DNA of 64,000 nt from Candidatus Nealsonbacteria bacterium (GCA_003551845.1 PUNQ01000032.1:23414-87413), one strand, 5' to 3'; positions 19,350 to 29,410 are shown, counted from the stretch's first letter. Numbers and translations: made by a program. The notes: generated by a model from the sequence alone, not told the origin.

Positions 19350-20129
19350 ATGGACGAAAAAAGGAAAAAGTCAGCTTTGATATTGTTATTGGTAGTTGTT
19401 TTCATCGTCGGAGCCGTATTTTTTTATGAAGAGGATCGGACTGAAGACGAGGAAACGGAAGAAACGGATGAAGTCAGTATAACGGGAAATCTGGCTTGCA
19501 GAGAAGATGATGATGAGCGTCGGTGGTACTTGCGTCAAAAAGAAGGTGATGATGATTCAATGACAAGATTGGTGATCGGCGAAGATATCTGTAAAAAAGA
19601 TAATCAGGAATGCCTTTATTTTCTGGAAAAAGAGTGTCGGTTATCCGGGAACAAAATAGAGGTTGTCGGAAAAAGAGAGGATGGATTTTTAAAAATTTCG
19701 GATATCGATTTTCTTGACGATTTCGATTGTAGTTTTGAATTCTCCGATTTTTCAACTCAAGAAGAATATGAGATTGAAAATGTTTTTGTTAATTTTGAAA
19801 CTCGTCCGGAAGCGGAAGAATTTCGAACTCGAATAAAGGAAACGGCGGAAGAGGGCCCGAACTTTGCAGGTAAATTTTCATATGCGGAATGGGGGTGCGG
19901 CACTTATTGTGGAGCCGGCTCGATAACGGATTTGACCACCGGAGAGATAGTTGAGTTCGGTTTAATAAATTCCCACGGTGTAAACTTCGAAAAGGGTAGC
20001 CGTTTGTTAATTATAGATCCCCCCGAAAAATTGGACTACATACAAGAGGGAGATCTTTTGGAAAACATAAAGAGCGAATATTATCTAATAAATGAGAAGG
20101 GTGAACTTTTTCTTCTTTGTCGTCATTAA
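19350..20129 (+). CDS. conserved hypothetical membrane-anchored protein
   Basis: N-terminal TM, acidic, C-terminal FRTRI..GPNFAG..WGCGTYC motif. Confidence 0.7.
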   Translation: MDEKRKKSALILLLVVVFIVGAVFFYEEDRTEDEETEETDEVSITGNLACREDDDERRWYLRQKEGDDDSMTRLVIGEDICKKDNQECLYFLEKECRLSGNKIEVVGKREDGFLKISDIDFLDDFDCSFEFSDFSTQEEYEIENVFVNFETRPEAEEFRTRIKETAEEGPNFAGKFSYAEWGCGTYCGAGSITDLTTGEIVEFGLINSHGVNFEKGSRLLIIDPPEKLDYIQEGDLLENIKSEYYLINEKGELFLLCRH

Positions 20130-20137
20130 TCTTGAAG

Positions 20138-21070
20138 ATGAAAGATAAAAAAATAGCCGAAGAATTGAATATTCTAAAGCAATGTGAAGACTACGGAGTT
20201 CCACTTACCAAGTGTCCGCAGTTTCTATTCCTGGCGATGGGTGTGGTCATTATCGCCACCATGTTGGCAACTAATTTTTTCGGCGATATTTTTTTTGACG
20301 ATCCGGTTTTGGTTTTATTGATTATTATTGGAGAAACGGTAATTCTATTCATAGTCGGTTATGCCGTTATCGGCGGATTCGAAAAGATGGCCGAAGCGAA
20401 CAAGATGAAGTCCGATTTTATTGACCTGGTAACGCATCAACTGCGGTCTCCACTTACCAATTTAAAATGGGGATTTCAAGATTTGCAAGAAGAAGAAAAA
20501 GGGAAAAATGAGGAGCTTCTAAATACTCTACAAAGTAATGTCGACAAGATGTCGGAAATGGTTGACAATTTGCTTATCGTTTCTAAAATGGAACAAGAGG
20601 GATTTGATTTTGAAAAAGACAGCTTCTCGATTAAAGATGTCGTCGAGGAGCTTTTGAATGAATACGGGACGGCTGAAAAGGAAGGTGTCAATTTAATTTA
20701 TAAGCCGGGTGACGTGCCCGAAGTGATAAGTGACCCATCACAACTTAAGATCGTGATGGATAATTTTATTTCCAATGCGATAAAGTATACGAAAGAGGGT
20801 GGTGAGGTGAAGATCAGATTGAAGAGAAAAGATAACTTTGTGGTTTTCGAAGTTGAAGATGAAGGGATAGGAATACCGGAAGCGGATCGTAAAAAAGTTT
20901 TTTCCAAATTTGAAAGAGCCGGAAATGTCGAGAAGGTTAAAAAATCCGGTTCCGGATTGGGTCTGTTTTTGTCCAAAGAGATAATTGAAAATTTAGGAGG
21001 GGAAATCGGTTTTGAAAGTGTGGAAGATGAAGGTTCTACATTTTGGTTTAAAATTCCGGTTGCTATTTAA
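20138..21070 (+). CDS. sensor histidine kinase (2 TM, HisKA + HATPase)
   Basis: THQLRSPLT H-box, NFISNAIKYT N-box, DEGIGI G1, GSGLGL G2. Confidence 0.93.
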   Translation: MKDKKIAEELNILKQCEDYGVPLTKCPQFLFLAMGVVIIATMLATNFFGDIFFDDPVLVLLIIIGETVILFIVGYAVIGGFEKMAEANKMKSDFIDLVTHQLRSPLTNLKWGFQDLQEEEKGKNEELLNTLQSNVDKMSEMVDNLLIVSKMEQEGFDFEKDSFSIKDVVEELLNEYGTAEKEGVNLIYKPGDVPEVISDPSQLKIVMDNFISNAIKYTKEGGEVKIRLKRKDNFVVFEVEDEGIGIPEADRKKVFSKFERAGNVEKVKKSGSGLGLFLSKEIIENLGGEIGFESVEDEGSTFWFKIPVAI

Positions 21071-21108
21071 AATTTTATAAATATTAATTTTAAGGAGGAT
21101 ATAAATAG

Positions 21109-22314
21109 ATGGAGAATATTAAAGTTTTAATGTTCGGTTGGGAGCTGCCACCTGAAAACAGCGGTGGGCTGGGGGTCGCCTGTTTGGGACTATCCAAAAA
21201 ACTGAACCAAAAAGGAGTTGATATTACATTCGTGGTTCCGCGAAAAACCGAAGCAATGAAGAATAATTTTTTCAATTTGCTTTCCGCGGATATAAATTAT
21301 AAGGAGATTGAAGTAAAATCATCTCTTTCTCCCTATCTTTCGCCTCAAAAATATAAAAGTATTCTCAGAGAAGAAAAAGATATATACGGAAAAACTCTTT
21401 TTGAGGAAGTTTCCAGGTATAGAAAATGTGCTCGAAAAATAGCGCTTTTTGAAAATTTCGACGTTATTCATGCCCATGATTGGCTCTCCTTCGGTGCGGG
21501 AGTGGAGGCCAAGAAGATAACCGGAAAGCCGTTGATAGCGCATGTCCATGCCACCGAATTCGATCGTGGGGGAGGGACTGGCGTGGATGAACGGGTCTAT
21601 CGGCGTGAAAAAGAAGGTTTGGAGATGGCGGATAAGATAATTGCGGTCAGTAATTACACCAAAAACATAATCGTTGAAAAATACGGAATTCCGGAAACCA
21701 AGGTAGAAGTTGCTTATAACGGAGTAGATTTAAAAGAAAAGCCGGCCGGAAAAAAGATTTTGGAAGCATTTCAGGAAGCGGGCTACAAGATTGTTCTCTT
21801 TGTCGGCAGATTAACCATACAGAAGGGCCCCGATTATTTTTTGCAAGCGGCTCGAAAAGTTTTGGATCACAGTGATGATGTTATATTCGTGGTCGCGGGA
21901 TCCGGTGATATGGAAGAGCAGATTATAAGACAGGCCTCGGAACTCGGAATTTCCGACAAAGTTTTATTTCCGGGATTCATAAGAGGAAAAGATCTTCACA
22001 GCTTATATAAATCGGCCGATTTATTTATAATGCCCTCGGTTTCCGAACCCTTCGGCCTTACGCCCTTGGAGTCTCTGATAAATGGAACACCGGTTCTGGT
22101 TTCCAAACAATCGGGAGTTTCCGAAGTGTTGACACACGCTTTGAAAGTTGATTTTTGGGATGTTGAAGAGATGGCCAATAAGATATTATCCACTTTGAAT
22201 CATGATTGCTTGAAGACGTGTCTTTCGGAAAACGGAAAAAAAGAAGTCGGTGGCATAACTTGGGATTTTGCCGCTGACAAATGCATTTCAGTTTACAAAT
22301 CATTAATGAAATAA
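21109..22314 (+). CDS. glycosyltransferase family 4 (glycogen-cluster associated)
   Basis: GWELPPENSGGLG, HAHDWL, FVGRL..QKG, PSVSEPFGL. Confidence 0.9.
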   Translation: MENIKVLMFGWELPPENSGGLGVACLGLSKKLNQKGVDITFVVPRKTEAMKNNFFNLLSADINYKEIEVKSSLSPYLSPQKYKSILREEKDIYGKTLFEEVSRYRKCARKIALFENFDVIHAHDWLSFGAGVEAKKITGKPLIAHVHATEFDRGGGTGVDERVYRREKEGLEMADKIIAVSNYTKNIIVEKYGIPETKVEVAYNGVDLKEKPAGKKILEAFQEAGYKIVLFVGRLTIQKGPDYFLQAARKVLDHSDDVIFVVAGSGDMEEQIIRQASELGISDKVLFPGFIRGKDLHSLYKSADLFIMPSVSEPFGLTPLESLINGTPVLVSKQSGVSEVLTHALKVDFWDVEEMANKILSTLNHDCLKTCLSENGKKEVGGITWDFAADKCISVYKSLMK

Positions 22315-22318
22315 AAAA

Positions 22319-23530
22319 ATGCCTTCGGTTTGTTTCTATTTTCAAGTTCATCAACCCTTCAGAGTGAAAAAATACAGATATTTCGATATAGGAAAGGATC
22401 ATGACTACTTCAATGAAAAAGGAGACAATGATTTGAACAATGAAAAAATCATGAAGAAGGTGGCTCGGAAATCATATTTACCCACCAATCAAGTTTTATT
22501 GGATCTTTTAGAAGAAGAACCCGAATTCAAGATAAGCTTTTCTTTCTCCGGAGTGGCTCTGGAGCAGATGGAAAAGTATGCTCCGGAAGTGATAGACTCT
22601 TTTCAAAAGCTGGTGGATACCGGAAGAGTGGAGATTTTAGCCGAAACCTATTATCATTCATTGGCGTTTCTTTATTCCAAAGAAGAGTTCAGAAAACAGG
22701 TTGAACTTCATGAGAAAAAAATAAATGAAATTTTTGACTATCAGCCCAAAATTTTTCGGGGAACGGAACTTTCTTACAGCAATGATCTGGCCGAAGAGGT
22801 TGAAGATATGGGTTATGAAGGAATTTTAACCGAAGGAGTAGACAGGATTTTGGGTTGGCGTAGCCCCAATTTCTTGTATTCTCCAAAGGGCTCCGATATA
22901 GCGCTTTTTTTAAAAAACTATAAGCTTTCGGACGATATAGCGTTTCGATTTTCAAGCAAGGGATGGAAGGAGCATCCTCTTACGGCTCCAAAGTTTGCTC
23001 GGTGGGTGTCCGCAATAAACGGCAACGGAGAAGTTGTTAATCTTTTCATGGATTATGAAACTTTCGGAGAACATCAATGGGAATCGACCGGTATATTCAA
23101 TTTTTTAAGATCCTTGCCGTCTGAAATTCTAAAGCATCCGGACAATAATTTTTTAACTCTGAGAGAAGCTGTCGAAAGGTATGATCGAGTTGCCGAGTTG
23201 GATATTCCTTACTTTATTTCTTGGGCTGACAGCGAACGGGATTTATCCGCTTGGATCGGTAACCCGATGCAAAGAGATATGTTGAATAAATTGTATGATC
23301 TCGAGGAAGATGTTTTGCGAACGGGAGATGAAAAGCTTATCGATAAGTGGAGAAAATTACAAACTTCGGATCATTTTTATTATATTTGCACAAAGACTCT
23401 TTCTGACGGGACGGTTCATAATTATTTCAGTCCGTACGAGTCTCCGTATGAGGCGTTTATATCTTATGCAAATGCGTTGAATGATTTTAGATTGGAAATT
23501 AAAAATAAAGCAAAAAAGGCCGAAGCATAA
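22319..23530 (+). CDS. glycoside hydrolase family 57 (alpha-amylase-like)
   Basis: YFQVHQP, ETYYHSL, LSDDIAFRFS, FMDYETFGEHQW, TSDHFYY. Confidence 0.93.
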   Translation: MPSVCFYFQVHQPFRVKKYRYFDIGKDHDYFNEKGDNDLNNEKIMKKVARKSYLPTNQVLLDLLEEEPEFKISFSFSGVALEQMEKYAPEVIDSFQKLVDTGRVEILAETYYHSLAFLYSKEEFRKQVELHEKKINEIFDYQPKIFRGTELSYSNDLAEEVEDMGYEGILTEGVDRILGWRSPNFLYSPKGSDIALFLKNYKLSDDIAFRFSSKGWKEHPLTAPKFARWVSAINGNGEVVNLFMDYETFGEHQWESTGIFNFLRSLPSEILKHPDNNFLTLREAVERYDRVAELDIPYFISWADSERDLSAWIGNPMQRDMLNKLYDLEEDVLRTGDEKLIDKWRKLQTSDHFYYICTKTLSDGTVHNYFSPYESPYEAFISYANALNDFRLEIKNKAKKAEA

Positions 23531-23553
23531 AATAAGTGCTCGGATCAAAAAAA

Positions 23554-25356
23554 ATGGAAAAGGAAAAAGTTAAAGCGGATTATCTCTTCGAGGTTTCTTA
23601 TGAAATCTGCAATAAGGTGGGTGGGATATACAGAGTTTTGGAATCCAAGGCAGACAATATGATTGAGAGATACGGAATCGATAATTACTTTTTGATAGGC
23701 CCTTATTATTTGGAAAGCTCAAAAGGGGAGTTTAAAAAAGAAACTCCGAACGGGAAGTTAAGACAGGCTTTTGATGAGTTGGAAAAAGATGTAATTCATT
23801 GCCATTATGGAAAATGGATGGTCAAGGGAAGACCTAAAACGATTTTGGTTGATTTCAGGGATTTTTTTGCCCAAAAGAATAACATCAAAAAGAATTTGTG
23901 GGAAAACTACGGAATCGATTCTTTGAATGCGGGAATTACCTTTGAAGAGCCGGTTGTCTGGTCTTGGGCGGTCGGAAAGGTGATTGAAAAAGTGGGAGAA
24001 ACAATTTCCGATGACAAGGAAAAGATGGTTGCTCATTTTCATGAGTGGCTTTCGGGAGCGGGATTGCTTTACTTAAATCAAAGTGAGCTTGACATAGGAA
24101 CGGTTTTTACCACCCATGCTACGAGCTTGGGGAGGTCGTTGGCATATAACAATATCGATTTTTACAATCAGTTTGAAGGAATAAATTCTTCGGAAGCGGC
24201 TTATGAAAACGGTGTTCACCCCAAACATCAGATGGAAAAAAGAGTCGCCCTGAATGCGGACGTATTTACCACGGTCAGTGAAATAACCGCCCTGGAAGCG
24301 GAAAAGTTTTTAGATCGCCGACCGGATATTATTTTACCCAACGGATTGGATTTGGAAAAATTTTTAACTTTTGAAGAAATTGTAATTAAGCACAGATTGC
24401 AAAGAAGGAGGTTGAGAGAATTCGTAATATCCTTCTTTTTTCCTTATTATCGATTCGATATCGAAGACACTCTTTTCTATTTCATAATCGGTCGTAATGA
24501 ATACAAAGCTAAAGGCGTCGATATATTTATAAAGTCTTTGGCCGAATTGAATCGAAGAATGAAAGAAAACGGCACTGAAAAAACGATAGTAGCCTTTTTC
24601 TGGATTCCGACCGAAGTTCGATCCGTAAAAAGTGAGATGGTGGAAAACAGAGAATTATTCCAAGATATTAAAGATTCTTTATCCGAAGCGATGCCGGAAA
24701 TTGAAGAGAAGATTCTTTACAATTTACTTTATGAAGACGACCTTGCAACTGAAAAGATAATAAGTGAAAATTATCTTTTTGAAATTGAAAGAAAATTGTT
24801 ATCCTTAAACAAGGAAAGCGAAAACCCGCCCATTTCCACACACGAATTAATGGATCAAGATGATAAAATTTTGAAAACGATCAGGGATTATGGGCTAAAT
24901 AATAAAAAAGAGGACAGAGTAAAGGTAATTTACTATCCGATCTATTTGACCGGCCATGACGGACTTTCCAACCTTGACTACCAAGAAGCCTTGGAGGCTT
25001 GTCATCTGGGTGTTTTCCCCAGCTTTTATGAGCCTTGGGGGTATACTCCTTTGGAAGCGGCGGCTCTGGGAGTCGCCTCGGTTACCACCGATTTGGCAGG
25101 ATTCGGCAGATTCAGGCAAGATATGGAAAAGAAAGATGGAAAAGAGGGGGTATACGTATTGGAAAGATATAAGCGGAAAGATGAAAAAATAGTTTCCGAT
25201 TTGTCGGAACTGATGTATAATTTTTCCAAATTCAATAGAAAAGAAAGGGTCGATAACAAGATTGAAGCGAGAAAGATAGCCGCAAAGGCGGATTGGAAAG
25301 ATTTCGTCAACCATTACGTGAAGGCTCAAAACGAATCAATTCAAAATGAAAGTTAA
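23554..25356 (+). CDS. glycogen synthase, GT3 family
   Basis: FEVSYEICNKVGGIY, HFHEWL, FTTHAT, TVSEIT, CHLGVFPSFYEPWGYTPLE. Confidence 0.92.
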   Translation: MEKEKVKADYLFEVSYEICNKVGGIYRVLESKADNMIERYGIDNYFLIGPYYLESSKGEFKKETPNGKLRQAFDELEKDVIHCHYGKWMVKGRPKTILVDFRDFFAQKNNIKKNLWENYGIDSLNAGITFEEPVVWSWAVGKVIEKVGETISDDKEKMVAHFHEWLSGAGLLYLNQSELDIGTVFTTHATSLGRSLAYNNIDFYNQFEGINSSEAAYENGVHPKHQMEKRVALNADVFTTVSEITALEAEKFLDRRPDIILPNGLDLEKFLTFEEIVIKHRLQRRRLREFVISFFFPYYRFDIEDTLFYFIIGRNEYKAKGVDIFIKSLAELNRRMKENGTEKTIVAFFWIPTEVRSVKSEMVENRELFQDIKDSLSEAMPEIEEKILYNLLYEDDLATEKIISENYLFEIERKLLSLNKESENPPISTHELMDQDDKILKTIRDYGLNNKKEDRVKVIYYPIYLTGHDGLSNLDYQEALEACHLGVFPSFYEPWGYTPLEAAALGVASVTTDLAGFGRFRQDMEKKDGKEGVYVLERYKRKDEKIVSDLSELMYNFSKFNRKERVDNKIEARKIAAKADWKDFVNHYVKAQNESIQNES

Positions 25357-27043
25357 ACATATATTAAAAAACAATCAATGGGTGAAAGAAGTGGATGAGA
25401 GAACCTCCTTTCTTTTGGGAAATAAAATCGGTGATTATCTTTGGCTTTCCGATAATCCGGAGAGCAGATATCAGGGGTGGTTCGTAACACCGCCGAATCA
25501 GAATGGGGGTGAGATATACAAAGTTATCGAGGATATACGTCCGGTGGGAAGAAATAGAATTGAAACGGTGGAAAATTATTTTTCAAAAGTCAGAAGAAAA
25601 GGTGATGGATTCGAAGAGACTTTCATCGTTTCCGAAAATGAACACAAAATGAGGTATCAGCTGAAAGAGGATTCGGAAGTTGAATTGATTTTGGACATGC
25701 GACACTCTTACAGCAATGCTTATCCGGAATACATAATAGAGTGGATTGACGACAAGCTGCTGATAAAAACCGGGGGAGAAGACGATTTCTTTTTAGCGAT
25801 CAAGGGGTTCGAATCGGTTGATTTAATCAGAGAGCGGTTCGTGCGACATTATTCGATTGATAAAAAGAGAAACTCTCCTCCTTTTGAAAAAGCTGTTTTT
25901 AAAGCTTTAAGTATGAGAGGTAAAGACTTCTTTTTTTCCGCATCCGAAAACAGGGAAGAGGCTTTAAATCAATTGGACACAAAAACAGAAGCAAATTTAC
26001 CCGAAGAAGAAAAAGAGCCGGTTGATTTTGTGGCGGCAAAAAAAGGATTGTCCGATTTGTCGGTTAACGGCAGGGGGATATATGCGGGATATCCTTGGTT
26101 TTTCCAATTTTGGAAGAGAGATGAAGCAATTTCTCTGAGAGGGCTTAGAATAATCGATCCGGAAAAAGCGGAAAAATTATTTTGGTCTCTTTTGGAAGAA
26201 GACAAAAGTTGCCCTGCGGGAAAGGCGTTTGACGGAGTAGGCTGGACTTTCAAGAGAGCATTTCTTTTTCTGAATGATTTTAATCAAGAAGAAGAAAAAG
26301 CCTTGGCTGATTTTCTGCGAAAGGAAGTTGATTTTGAGAAATCCGACGAATTAACCGTTAACGGCAATAAAGAAACATGGATGGACTCAATTCCGAGAGA
26401 AGGGGCCAGGATAGAAATTCAGGCCTTAAAGCTGAATATGTATAAATTGGGTAGGCTGATCGATCCGGAAAAGCAGGATAAATATCAATCGATGGAGTCC
26501 GAATTAAAGAAAAAAGTAAGAAGCATTTTTTGGGACGGCAATATTTTGGCGGACGGTTATTTTCCGAAAAAAGGAGTGGTGGACAAAACCGTCAGGCCCA
26601 ATATCTTTTTAGCTTATTATATATATCCGGATCTTTTGAGTGAAAAAGAATGGGTGACTTGCTTCAGAAGAGCTCTTTATGAATTATGGCTCGATTGGGG
26701 TGGATTGGCAAGCATCAGCAAAGAGAGCCCTCGCTTCAACAGTCGGCATACCGGAGAGAATCCTCAAAGCTATCATCAAGGAGACAGCTGGTTTTTTGTG
26801 AATAATTTAGCCGCAATATCAATGAACAGGTTGGATGATGGAAAATTTTCATATGAGATTAAAAAAATACTTGAAGCGAGTCGAGAAAATTTAATGTGGA
26901 AAGGAGCTGTGGGCCATCATAGTGAGATAAGCTCGGCCGAAATACTGAAATCGGAAGGTGCGGTCAGTCAGGCTTGGAGCTTCGCAACCTATTTGGAAGC
27001 ACTTTATGAAATATTTAAAATAAATAATTTCAGCTGGAGTTAA
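25346..27043 (+). CDS. amylo-alpha-1,6-glucosidase / glycogen debranching enzyme-like
   Basis: YAGYPWFFQFWKRDEAISL, ETWMDS, VRPN, YHQGDSW, SQAWS. Confidence 0.85.
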   Translation: MKVKHILKNNQWVKEVDERTSFLLGNKIGDYLWLSDNPESRYQGWFVTPPNQNGGEIYKVIEDIRPVGRNRIETVENYFSKVRRKGDGFEETFIVSENEHKMRYQLKEDSEVELILDMRHSYSNAYPEYIIEWIDDKLLIKTGGEDDFFLAIKGFESVDLIRERFVRHYSIDKKRNSPPFEKAVFKALSMRGKDFFFSASENREEALNQLDTKTEANLPEEEKEPVDFVAAKKGLSDLSVNGRGIYAGYPWFFQFWKRDEAISLRGLRIIDPEKAEKLFWSLLEEDKSCPAGKAFDGVGWTFKRAFLFLNDFNQEEEKALADFLRKEVDFEKSDELTVNGNKETWMDSIPREGARIEIQALKLNMYKLGRLIDPEKQDKYQSMESELKKKVRSIFWDGNILADGYFPKKGVVDKTVRPNIFLAYYIYPDLLSEKEWVTCFRRALYELWLDWGGLASISKESPRFNSRHTGENPQSYHQGDSWFFVNNLAAISMNRLDDGKFSYEIKKILEASRENLMWKGAVGHHSEISSAEILKSEGAVSQAWSFATYLEALYEIFKINNFSWS

Positions 27044-28293
27044 AGAGTTTCTACAATTCTTTTAATGCCGGACATAAGGGAAGAATCATATTCTTCTCGT
27101 TTTATTTTTTGAGCAGCGTACAAGGCGTTAAGGGGTTTGGTTTCTTTTTTCTGGTATTTTTGAGGATAATTTTCTTCCAGGCAGCCGTTCAATACGAATA
27201 TTTTTTCGGATTTTAAAAGTTCTTTTTTCTTTTTTTTGCTCGCCTCTTTGTTTTTAAACTTTTTATTCCAATAACGATCAATTCCGTCTTCATCAATCAT
27301 TACTATATAGGGCATATTGAATATTTTACAAATCTCTTCATAAAGATCGATATTGCCGATTCCTCCGCAATAAACCACTTTTATGTCCGTAGTTTTGTTA
27401 TGAAATCTGTCAATTAGACCTCTGAGCAAGATACTGTCGGAGACACCCTCTACGAGAACCACCTTGTCGGCAAAAAGCATTGCCGAATTATCATCGTTTA
27501 TCTCTTGAACCAAGCGATCTTTTGGAATCGAGCGACCCTTCTGAAAACTACAAACGGAAGTGCTGTTATTTTTATTTCTGGATACTCGCCAAACCTTATC
27601 CAAGAGTTTGGCCTGGACAAAAGTGGGGTGATGGGTGGTAAGAAAGATTTGGTTTTCCGGATTTCTATTTTGCAATATTTTTAAAAATTTTTTTATCACC
27701 GAAGGATGAAGATGTAATTCCGGTTCGTCTATAAGGATTATCTCGTAGTCGGGATTGTAAATATAAAAAAGAATCACAAAAAGCCTTTTGAAGCCGTCTC
27801 CCATTCTGTTTAGCGCTTTTTCTTTTTCGGAGCTCATTTCCGCCTCGAAGAGCTTTTCATCGATCTGAATGTTCTGAAAATATTTTTTTATGGTTTTAAC
27901 AAAATCCCGATATGCTTCATTATGCTCTCGCTTGAAGAGGTCTAAATTTTCAGCTAAGATTTTTTTTAAAGCGGGAGAGTGACTGATTCGTATTACTTTC
28001 TCTTTCATCTTTTCATATTTTTTTTTGGAAAATTGATAGTCGAGGGTCTTGCCGGAATAGTGGAGGCTACACTTTTCGGATTCATGAGTCAGGTTCAATC
28101 TGAGATTAAATTCACCCTCGCTCCTTTTTAATTTTTCATTATCGGGATTGAAAAATATTTCAATCGAATCCAGTAAATTGGTTTTTCCGGCGTTGTTGGG
28201 ACCGACCAAAATATGGAGATCGGAAAAATTATCCATTTCAATCGACTCAATAACGCTTTTATAATTTTTAATCTGAATTTTTTTTATTTTCAT
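27040..28293 (-). CDS. OLD-family ATP-dependent nuclease (ABC ATPase + TOPRIM)
   Basis: IKNYKS, GPNNAGKT, MGDG, LIDEPELHLHP, TTHHP, TOPRIM LVEGVSD..IDED..LEE; start ATG 28293. Confidence 0.85.
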   Translation of the reverse strand: MKIKKIQIKNYKSVIESIEMDNFSDLHILVGPNNAGKTNLLDSIEIFFNPDNEKLKRSEGEFNLRLNLTHESEKCSLHYSGKTLDYQFSKKKYEKMKEKVIRISHSPALKKILAENLDLFKREHNEAYRDFVKTIKKYFQNIQIDEKLFEAEMSSEKEKALNRMGDGFKRLFVILFYIYNPDYEIILIDEPELHLHPSVIKKFLKILQNRNPENQIFLTTHHPTFVQAKLLDKVWRVSRNKNNSTSVCSFQKGRSIPKDRLVQEINDDNSAMLFADKVVLVEGVSDSILLRGLIDRFHNKTTDIKVVYCGGIGNIDLYEEICKIFNMPYIVMIDEDGIDRYWNKKFKNKEASKKKKKELLKSEKIFVLNGCLEENYPQKYQKKETKPLNALYAAQKIKREEYDSSLMSGIKRIVETL

Positions 28294-28322
28294 TTGATCA
28301 TTATAGCATTTGGAATGATTAT

Positions 28323-28351
28323 TTGACAAAATTTTTTTTTAAACTTATAAT
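28323..28351 (+). promoter_or_regulatory. consensus sigma70 promoter
   Basis: TTGACA-17 bp-TATAAT, followed by SD-like GGGGGTGA at 28371. Confidence 0.85.
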
Positions 28352-28384
28352 AGCGGCGAAAAGGAAAAGAGGGGGTGAACAAAA

Positions 28385-28867
28385 ATGCAAATTAAAAATT
28401 TATCGGTCGCGGAGAAGTCTTCAAATGAAGTGGGGGCGCTCAATTTTTATTATCGGGGAGAAAAGATAGTTAATTTGTCTGAAACGGTCAGGCCTCTGGA
28501 TACGTTCATTACGGCCGTTCCTCTTTATATAAAGGGGACTGACTCAGTAGTAATCGACATTAAAAAGTACGATCAGGTGATAGTTTCCAATGGCGAAGAA
28601 TTCACCTCGAAGGCTTATGTTATCGGAATGGCTCCACATGAAGGGGAGATTATTGAAAGAAGAATTTCTCTTTCCGAAGCCAAATCGGTAAAAATATTCT
28701 TAGCTCAGCTGAGCAAGAACAAAGATAAAGAAGATATCGGCTTGCGCATTATCGGATTCGGAGTCTTTCATTTGGTTTTATATTATAAAAAAGAAGCGAG
28801 CATGAATTTACAGCGACCGGATTACATGAAAAAAAAGAGGCATTGCTTTAATCGTGACAGCCTATAA
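28385..28867 (+). CDS. hypothetical protein
   Basis: 160-aa ORF with promoter, SD and terminator; no recognised motif. Confidence 0.7.
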   Translation: MQIKNLSVAEKSSNEVGALNFYYRGEKIVNLSETVRPLDTFITAVPLYIKGTDSVVIDIKKYDQVIVSNGEEFTSKAYVIGMAPHEGEIIERRISLSEAKSVKIFLAQLSKNKDKEDIGLRIIGFGVFHLVLYYKKEASMNLQRPDYMKKKRHCFNRDSL

Positions 28868-28889
28868 TGGTGGCACCCTCTAAAAATTT

Positions 28890-28910
28890 GCGCCCGGAAG
28901 GGCGCTTTTT
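28890..28910 (+). terminator. intrinsic terminator
   Basis: GCGCCC-GGAA-GGGCGC-TTTTT. Confidence 0.85.
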
Positions 28911-29030
28911 CTTATTTTTCCAATTTGCAAAATCAATTTAATTTTTATATACTTACAAGCGAACAGTTGTTAAAATCAAATCAACAAATCAAATAAAATA
29001 AAAGGTCGAATAAATTAAGAAATCGATAAA

Positions 29031-29345
29031 ATGGATAAAAAAACAGTTCTCATAGTGGTCGTATTGGTGATAGCTTTAATTGCTATTTTGGCGGTAGTTT
29101 TCAGTGAACAGGTTGAGGATCCCGAAGATATCGACCCCGATCTCAATGATATAGAAGATCCCTTCGACGACGAAGACTTGGAAGATCCCTTCGACGACGA
29201 AGACTTGGAAGATCCCTTCGACGACGAAGACTTGGAAGATCCCTTAGAGGAGGAGGAAGAAGAGGAAGAAGATGAAGAAGAAGAGGAAGAAGAAGAGGAG
29301 GAAGATGAAGAAGATGAAGAAGAAGAGGAAGAGCTTGAGTACTAA
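29031..29345 (+). CDS. membrane-anchored hyper-acidic low-complexity protein
   Basis: N-terminal TM, (EDPFDDEDL)x3 and poly-E/D tail. Confidence 0.8.
   Translation: MDKKTVLIVVVLVIALIAILAVVFSEQVEDPEDIDPDLNDIEDPFDDEDLEDPFDDEDLEDPFDDEDLEDPLEEEEEEEEDEEEEEEEEEEDEEDEEEEEELEY
29154..29245 (+). repeat. 27-bp coding tandem repeat (3 copies plus 11-bp partial)
   Basis: GAAGATCCCTTCGACGACGAAGACTTG at 29154, 29181, 29208; partial at 29235. Confidence 0.95.
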
Positions 29346-29384
29346 AGAAGCTCAAGGCTTAAATTTGAAAATTTAAAGCACGGT

Positions 29385-29410
29385 TAAACCCCCGTTTCGC
29401 GGGGGTTTTA
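29385..29410 (+). terminator. intrinsic terminator
   Basis: AAACCCCCG-TTTCG-CGGGGGTTT-TA. Confidence 0.8.

Noticed and set aside
29154..29245. Possible CRISPR array
   Set aside because: 27-bp units are head-to-tail with no spacers, in frame inside a CDS, and no cas genes are present
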